This document shows positions 56,261 to 64,000 of a DNA stretch of 64,000 nt, in pieces. The notes beneath the pieces are model-generated. The model saw only the letters and a program-made list of their open reading frames with translations. It did not search any database and was not told where the DNA came from. Source of the DNA: Octopus vulgaris (lineage: Eukaryota). Within the stretch, counting starts at the first letter, position 1. Every line of letters starts with the position of its first letter. The translations under genes were made by a program, and so were the position numbers. The stretch spans positions 85,064,001 to 85,128,000 of the forward strand of contig OX597822.1 of the NCBI GenBank assembly GCA_951406725.2. Direction: 5' to 3'.

Positions 56261-57730
56261 TTATTTCAATAATTTGCCACTAGGGCAGCACACAGAGTAG
56301 CTTCGGGCTGGACAAAGACATTAATGGATGATGGTGGTGGTGGATGAAGATGGTGATGGGAGAAGTCAAAAAGCGCCCGCCGACTCTTGCTTCTCTAAAA
56401 CAATGTTCAATAATTACATTTAATACAATGATTACAAATTACAAATTTTAGAGGAGGCAATAAACCTCCTCTTCAAAATGTTACAAAATGTTCACATGAT
56501 ATCAAATTACATATTTTAGAGGAGGCAACGAACCTCCTCTTCCACATGTTACAAAGATGTTACACAACCTATGTGACCCGGCCGACCATTGCTCTTGCCT
56601 CATTGAGGCAATACTCGCTGGTCAGGCCGGTGTCCAGTGGTATAGTCTGGAAGGAGTCCGCCGTGCAGGAACCCACGATCTTGTGTAGATCAGCCCTTCC
56701 CACGACCCCCGCAGCTAACTGCGAAGGCCATTCGGGGTTTTCCACACAGGACCGGATTACCTCCCAATGTCCTCTCTTTCTCACTTTTCTCACGGTGCTT
56801 TCCGCCTTTTTTCCTTTGAAAAAGAGGAGCACAAAATCTTCCACGAATAGTCCCTCAGGCGGCACACCCGCCTGAGAGGACCCGGGATACTCGGGAACCG
56901 CCGTCTGCGTGTAGCAATCCGCCGGCGACGCTCCGTTTCTCTTTTTTTTTTCTTTTTCTTCTGGCCCTGGGCCACGGGAGGCTGAGGTTCCGGAGCTGTG
57001 CGCACCGGGTTCTCCTCTCCCGCAGCTTTCGGGTCCTTGGTGGGTCGCCATTGCTCCCCGCCTTTCTCTTTCTTTTGGAGGAGGATTTTTCCCCCTCCTC
57101 ACTTTGCTTCTCTCCCTCCATTGAAGAGGCAGGGAGAGGCTCCAATATCAGCCGCTCCAGGATCCTACTCTGGTCCCTGGGGCAGCTCTTCTTGATGTGG
57201 CCGGTCTCCAAACACAGGTGACACTTGGGGGGGGGGCGTCCCTCAAGCATCCACCGGATACTTGGACCCGGCCATTCTCAAAAAGTCTGGCAAAACCAGA
57301 CTCTTGGCAGACTGGGTCCATAGGGTTAAGGTAGCCTTAGACCCCTCCCAATCAGCCGCAGACTGTATATTGACATTCAGGATCTTTGCGTCCCTGTCAC
57401 CCAGACCCCGGCGGATAGAGTCTTCTATCCACTCGGGTTCAATGCCGGGTGGCAGGCCGCAGACCCATAGTCTTGTCAATTTTTTTCCCCTGTAACTGGG
57501 GAGAAACAAGATTTCCTTGCCCTCAATGGGCCTGCTTGCAAACTCGCAAGCATCTTTAGGGGAGCCAAACAGCAACCAAATCGTTGCGTATTTGGCTCCC
57601 CGTTGAATGTATTTAACGGCTGGCATATAGTCTGCCAGCTCGTCAACAATAGTGTCTTTCGGGAAAACCATTATGGTGTTGAGCGACTTTGAATAAGTCC
57701 TCAACACCACGGTTTTGTCCTCGAGCTCAT
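56260..57730 (-). mobile_element. ORF1/gag-like zinc-knuckle retroelement (Tx1/L1-type ORF1), two frameshifts, no RT
   Basis: Overlapping ORFs 57243-57730, 56855-57250 and 56569-~56950 join into about 385 aa with LPSYRGKKLTRLWVCGLP, LPDFLRMAG and EGRPPPKCHLCLETGHIKKSCP (CX2CX4HX4C) plus a basic tail. A ~300-bp 3' UTR follows and ends TCTGTGTGCTGCCCTAGTGGCAAATTATTGAAATAAA. Confidence 0.8.
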
Positions 57731-57737
57731 TCAAATA

Positions 57738-57773
<36 letters not shown>

Positions 57774-58419
57774 TGTATGTATGTATGTATGTATGTGTGT
57801 GTGTGTGTGTGTGTGTGTAGTAAAGTCTGTGTGCCAACGCAACGTGGCAGTCCTATGCAGGACGATGTTACTACTTTTAGCCTCCGGAAAACATCTTTTC
57901 TAGCTGGCTACCGGCACATGATCTGTGTTCATATACTGTGAACAAGAGAGTCTACTGCTCCCTTTGTAGCCGTAACCTGTAAACCAACGGTGATCTCCTT
58001 TCGTTGGTAACATATATTTACAGACAAAAGAATTTGGGGTTTTAACAAGGTTAATTAATTTTGTCTTGTATAGAGAAAAAAAAGTTTACAAGAAATTATT
58101 TCCTTTCATTACTTATCTTAATATTTGCCAAAAGATAATAAAACAATAATGGTCAACCGCAAAAAATTGTTAACATTATAGAATCAAACATATTTTTGAA
58201 ACACTTTAACTGAGGAAGGTATTACGTAATCGATGCATTTCCTGTTATAAATATTACGCAGACCTGAAACGTACGTATGAAATGATTCCACAATATTACT
58301 TTTTGGTTTAATTTCATTATATCATACACATATATAGGGAAACATGTACCCATACACATACTCGCGCACGCGCGTAAGTAGCGATCTAAAAATTGAGCAA
58401 TCAACACCGCACTGGTGGA

Positions 58420-58940
58420 TGAGGAATTGCTTTTAATAGTAAAGTGCTGCTAATACGATACCAATGATTTTATGTGAATATACCCATTATCACAAAATAT
58501 TCAAGAGAAACACTGTTAAAGTTAGGGAAAATTGCAGCCTAAACATTGGTCCACAGATTCTGAAACACAATAGCATAAGCAAAATTAACTCATGCAACTC
58601 TCCCCCACCCCTCAACGACAATGTAAATTTAGATATTCTTTAAATTGTCCTCTGGAGAACAAATGCTTTCAGAAAGAGCTGGTACACCGAGCGCAATTCC
58701 ACAGCGAAGAGTATGTGCGGTTTACAACATTATTCATATATAATCATCATTATCATAGCATATCAGCAAATAGTTCTTACACTATTTGTTTATAGTAGTG
58801 GACAAGTGATTCAGATCGTCTCCGGTTCTATTCAGGTACGCGATGTTGATAAACTACAAAAATGACGAAATATCATATCCATCGCTCCTGAATGAGATTA
58901 GAGGCGAATTGTTTTAACACCCATTGCTATGAGGGAGTCG
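58420..58940 (+). mobile_element. Decayed Penelope-like element (RT-GIY-YIG linker and start of the endonuclease)
   Basis: Reads HKIFKRNTVKVRENCSLNI...KHN...QCKFRYSLNCPLENKCFQKELVHRA...EYVRFT, matching the PLE pattern HKIFN.NTVK.SYSC..N...HN...CNC....CPL.G.C....VY.A...Y.G.T. Confidence 0.7.
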
Positions 58941-59012
58941 TCTCGAAGGCTCTGTTCCGCAGTGAACTGGCGAACAAGCAAAATACATACATTGGGTATG
59001 TGCAGTCGACAA

Positions 59013-59044
<32 letters not shown>

Positions 59045-59538
59045 TGCATAAATTCGTATATCAGTACAAATTCTCAGATGGCATATAAATTATCAATGAC
59101 AAAATTGTCTTACATTTTCAGTTTTGCACATTGCGCGTGTATAGATACACATTTGTGTGTGTGTGTGTGTTGATATGCACTATATATTAATTTTGTCAGG
59201 AATGCTACCGGTTAGCAGTGGTATTCAACACAAGGGAAGCAACCAGTGCCTGTATAGTGACTTCCCTTTATTGACTTAATTAGCAACTGATTGAAATCTC
59301 GTTTCTACTCATGCCTAACTGTGCTCCTTGCATTATGGAAACTATGATTGAATAATTGTCAAAATATCCACATGAAGACATTGGTAACATATTAACAGCT
59401 CGTCGCTATTAAAAGTTTCAAAATTCAATTTGCTTTCATTTTACCGGGGTCGATAAAGAAAGTGCCAGTCAAGAAGTGAAGTCGATACGCTCAAATGTTC
59501 ACTTCCTTCACCCCCCCAAAATAGAACTCTGCTTTGCC

Positions 59539-59569
<31 letters not shown>

Positions 59570-59959
59570 CATACATACATACATGCATACACATACATAC
59601 ATATTCACACATACATATATACATACATACATGCATACATACGTACATACATACATACATACATACATACATACATACATACATACATACATACATACAT
59701 ACATACATACATACATACGTACAGAGCTACGGGGTAAAAAAGAGAAGAAAATATACGTGTGTGTATACATATGTATATATGTTTGTGTGCACGCGAATAG
59801 GCGCAGGCGTGGGTGCGTTCCAGGTTCAGTCCCACTGCGTGACATCTTGGATAAGTTTCTTCGACTATAGACTTGGGCTGACCAAAGCCTTATGAGTGGA
59901 TTTAGTAAACAGAAACTGAGAGACGCCCGTGATTTTGGGCCTCTGAACTCAACACATTT

Positions 59960-60110
59960 TTTTCATTCATTCTATTCCCTCTTATTCCTTTCTGTCGAAG
60001 AGCTTAGACTCGAAACGTTAAAGACTTTTCCCTTTCCCCCCAGCGTCAAACTAATACACCTGTTTGTTGTACCTACACATGTCTTCATCTTTGTTTTTCT
60101 ATAAATTTCA
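59960..60110 (+). mobile_element. Hammerhead-like dispersed repeat (copy 4)
   Basis: 59988-60023: CTTT CTGTCGA A GAGC TTAG ACTC GAAACGT T AAAG. Confidence 0.7.
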
Positions 60111-60149
60111 ACTATGTGTGTGTGTGTGTGTGTGTGTATGCGCGCGCGT

Positions 60150-61125
60150 TGGTGGCTGGTTGACTATGCCTGAAATACTGTCCAAAGTCCCATGTTGGCA
60201 AGGCCCAGATAGGCATCATTTTATTCAGAAGATCCGCGCTAGTGTAGAAGAGCGAGTGATTAGAACTGAAACCGAGACATCCATACCACACGCAGTGGAG
60301 CGCTGTATTGTGCTGGCAGGCTTCCATCTTGCCCAGTTCATTATTCAGACTGTCTATAATTCCCTACCAAGTCCTGACAATTTCCAGATTTGGAGCAGGA
60401 TAGACACCATCATGCCGCCCTCGTCTGAAGGTCCTTAGAACGTCTCCTTAGCAGCCACCCCAAAGCCCTGTCGAAGACTTCTTTCAGTGGCATTCACGTC
60501 AGGTGTTGAAGGTGGCTGCTGAGAGTTGACCCACGACCAATCAGTACAAGTGAACAGAACTATGTTCCAAAGAAGACAATTAGGTTTGTCAAAGCTGAAG
60601 AGAAATCACACCCACACCGCAAGACAATGGTTGGCTCCTTTTGCACAGTTTCTCACTGGCCACTATGTTAGTTTATGTTTGCACAGAGCACAGTCCCAAC
60701 ATGGGTCCCTGCAGAACAAGTTGGTCATCTCTGAAGCAAGAAAACAAGTAATTAGGCTGGAACTTACAGTTCCTTGGCAAGAGTGTATTAATAATCTTCT
60801 TAAGACATTTCCTGTTCTAGAGGTTGGAAAACGTATTATAGACCTAAAGTGGTGGCTTGTAGAGGCTTTGAACGACGCTCACTCTAGAAAGTCTTCAACC
60901 GATTGGTCTTCGCTAGGGTAGCATAGGACAGGACTATTCAGTCTGTAAATGAAGCTGCAGAAACTACAATCAAGTGGCTTTGGTTTAAGAAGGTTGATTC
61001 ATGGAGTTTTGTTGTGAGGAAGTTTAGTCGAGGTTTGATCAACCCTAGTCGAGTGGAGGCGTAGAACGTGATGAGACCAGGATACATCACTGAAGATGAG
61101 GCACAGCTCACCACCCTGGAGATGT
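60150..61125 (+). mobile_element. Decayed HERO-like RLE non-LTR retrotransposon, 3' part
   Basis: FIIQTVYNSLPSPDNFQIWS, LLSSHPKAL, QVLKVAAE and LVISEARKQVIRLELTVPWQE (RLE 'ELTVPWE' motif). The 3' end is near CCAGGATACATCACTGAAGATG. Confidence 0.75.
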
Positions 61126-62377
61126 ATCTTGCGTGCGTGTGTGTATGTATGTTTATAGTTATGTACATACAATGAAACACACACACACACACATCACACA
61201 CATAGATATAGGGAAAGACAAATACAAACATACAGACATGTATGCTTGTATATAAATATGTATATATATGCTATATATATACATGCATGCGCGCGCGCGT
61301 GTTTGTGTGCATGTGTGTGTGTGTGTGCGTGTGTTTGTGTGTATGTGTGTGCTTCATATTCGCTGTATAGCTTGCACATATAAATACTGAAAAACTATTG
61401 TTTAGGATGCACTAATACTGAGGTCTCCAAAAATGACCATCATCTTGAAGATGCACCTTACAAAGGAGCAATAAAACAAGGTGGGCAAGATAAATAAATG
61501 AAACAGACCAGTGACATGAAGTGGTCAAGAGAAACGGTGGCGGATTGTGGAAGCGGTGTTGGGTATGAAAAAGAACGTGGCTACCTTTTAGCATTTCCGT
61601 GTTTCCCTCATTGGACAGTGGCCCTGTTGGGGCACCTTTTCGGAAAGTTTTAGTCGAACAACTCGACCCCAGTACTTTTTTTGTATTTCATAAGCTTGAT
61701 ACTTATACTGTCTCTTGCCTTACTGCTAAGTTATGAGGATTTAAACAAACCACCACCGGTTGTCAAGCGATGATGAGGAACAACGCGTGTGTATGTGTGC
61801 GTAGCACGGGCTTCTTTCAGTTTCCGTCTCACCCCCATGGCTTTGTTCAGTGCATGGTTGTAAGAGAAGACTCCTGCGCAAGGTGTCACACAGTAGAACT
61901 GAACTCGGAACCTATGGTTGGAAAAAAAACTTCTTACCCAACATCCATGCTGTGCATTTGATAAATAGACTCTTCCCCTGGATATCTTTTCTCGTGCCTT
62001 TTATTGATATTCATAATCAATCGTCACTGTTTTCTGTCTATTTCTACATCTGAATAAACTGAGATGGCGTATGTTCTGCTGATGAGGTTTAACAAGAATG
62101 AAACATGTTCACTAATTTCACCAGTTGCCATTAAGTACAACGACTTCTTTCTACATTGTCTTTATAAAAATTCATATCAACTGATATTAATGGAATTATC
62201 TCCATTGTTTGTTGGTTATAGAATTTAAAATCCCTTTCATGCGAAGTTTTTAACTATTAATCGCAAAGATAATTGAAACTGCTCGTCTCACTGTATTACA
62301 TATGTCAGATCTTGTGCAGTGGTCCCCAACCTGTGGTCCGCAAAGGTAGTACTGGAGATCCGTGAACTAAATTCAAA

Positions 62378-62423
<46 letters not shown>

Positions 62424-62634
62424 TAAAAAATTAATGAGTGCGTGCGTTATATAAATATTTTCAGGAGTAAATAAAAAATGACAAACGGAAAATATGACAT
62501 ACCTATACATATAATTAAAAAAAAAACGTGTAGTAAATAAACGGACGAACAGAAAATACAGAAGGTCACCAATTCTTCATCAGTTATCAGCCAGAGGGTA
62601 AAACGCAATTTCGGCCATTATCGATAATATTGCT

Positions 62635-62782
62635 TCTACTCCGGAGTTCAAATTCCACTGAAGTCGACCTCGCTTTTCATCCTTTCAGAGTCGATAAAAT
62701 AAGTACCAGTTTAACACTGAGGTCGTTGTGATCGACTAAGCTCCCTCCTAAAAATGTCTGCCCATGTGGCGAAATTTGAAAC

Positions 62783-62783
<1 letters not shown>
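62635..62783 (+). mobile_element. SINE family B, 3' part
   Basis: GAGTTCAAATTCCACTGAAGTCGACCTCGCTTTTCATCCTTTCAGAGTCGATAAAATAAGTACCAG. Confidence 0.75.
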
Positions 62784-62813
<30 letters not shown>

Positions 62814-63371
62814 GAGTGAGAGAGCATTGCAAGCCATCAAAGTGACACTGGGGTAAAATATTCGAAGTCCAGTATACCCGCCATGACTACCCGTCTGATA
62901 AGGGTAAACCAGGCACATACATCACAACCATATGTGTGCGACATGGTGATCTCATATCAAGATAAACAGCGCATGATATTGCAGGTGGGGCCCAGTTAGT
63001 ATTTTCTTCAGGTCAAGTAGCCCATCCCGCTTAAAAAGTTCTCTGAATAAGGGTTATTTAAGGGGGTTGAATGAAACACCGATATCTCTAGAGGTGAATT
63101 ATCCAAACCCCAAAGAATTCCTTTCAACACACGGCTATGACACTCCTCCACTACTTCTGCTCGTGATCAGAAATGCACATGTCGTCAACCACTAAGGGAC
63201 ATGATCAACTGGTTAAGGTTAAGCAACTGACATTGAACAGAATATTTGCATTGAACAGAATATTTGCTCGAGCCTGTCTTTTATACCAAGACAAAACAAT
63301 GTACATGATAACACTTCTAATTAGTTAAGATGAAAAGCCACGAAAGCCTCTGCCTGGTACTGAATCAGGGC

Positions 63372-63447
<76 letters not shown>

Positions 63448-64000
63448 GTTATTGTTGTTATTGAGTGAGAGAGCAGTGCATGCCATCAAAGTGACACTGG
63501 GGTAAAATATACGAAGCTCAATATACCCGTCATGACTACTCGTCTGATAAGGGTACACAAGGCACATGCATCACAACCATATGTGTGCGACATGGTGATC
63601 TCATATCAAGATAAATAGCATATGACCTTGCAGGTGGGGGCCCAGTTAGAACTTTCTTCTGGTTGAGTAACCCATCCCGCTCAAAAGGTCCCTGAATAAG
63701 GGTTGTTTAAGGATGTTGAACGAAACACCCATGTTTCCAGAGGTGAATTTTTCAAACCCTAAAAAAATGCCTCTCAACACATGGCTATGATGCTCCCCCA
63801 CTACTTCTGCTCGTGATCAGAGATGCACATATCGCCAGCCACTAAGGGACATGCTCAACTGGTTAAGGTCAAACAACTGACAAGCAAATCTGTGGTACTG
63901 AGCAGAATATTTGCTGTAGCCCATCTTTTATACCAAGACAAAACAATGTATATACCACTTCCAATCAGTTAAGATGAGAAGCCATGAAAGCCACTGTCTG
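62814..64000 (-). mobile_element. Two tandem copies of a ~560-bp non-coding element separated and flanked by (ATT)n (62814-63374; 63463 to window end)
   Basis: Both start GAGTGAGAGAGCA.TGCA.GCCATCAAAGTGACACTGGGGTAAAATAT on the plus strand and align throughout with scattered substitutions. Minus orientation is inferred from the (AAT)n tail. Confidence 0.8.

Overview
Eukaryotic, very AT-rich, gene-poor DNA saturated with (AT)n/(AC)n/(AAT)n/(GATA)n microsatellites and tRNA-headed SINEs. The repeat landscape looks like a cephalopod (Octopus-type) genome, which is an inference. The only clear host gene is a minus-strand Paraxis/Scleraxis (TCF15/SCX) family bHLH transcription factor. Its main coding exon is 42168-42764 and ends at a GTAAGT donor; the downstream exon could not be firmly located. 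Nearly all other listed ORFs are microsatellite artefacts. The rest of the window is mobile DNA: a decayed Tc1/mariner transposase, RTE, CR1-group, HERO-like and Dong/R4-like LINE fragments, a Penelope-like relic, several SINE families and several MITE/palindromic elements. The most interesting signals are (i) an apparently ORF1-only zinc-knuckle retroelement whose 3' end motif is shared with a GATA-embedded LINE-like tail and with one SINE family, (ii) a SINE/LINE 3'-tail partnership visible within the window, and (iii) four dispersed copies of a minimal hammerhead-like motif with a non-canonical A6U core and a variable position 7. Repeat boundaries were read by eye and are approximate.
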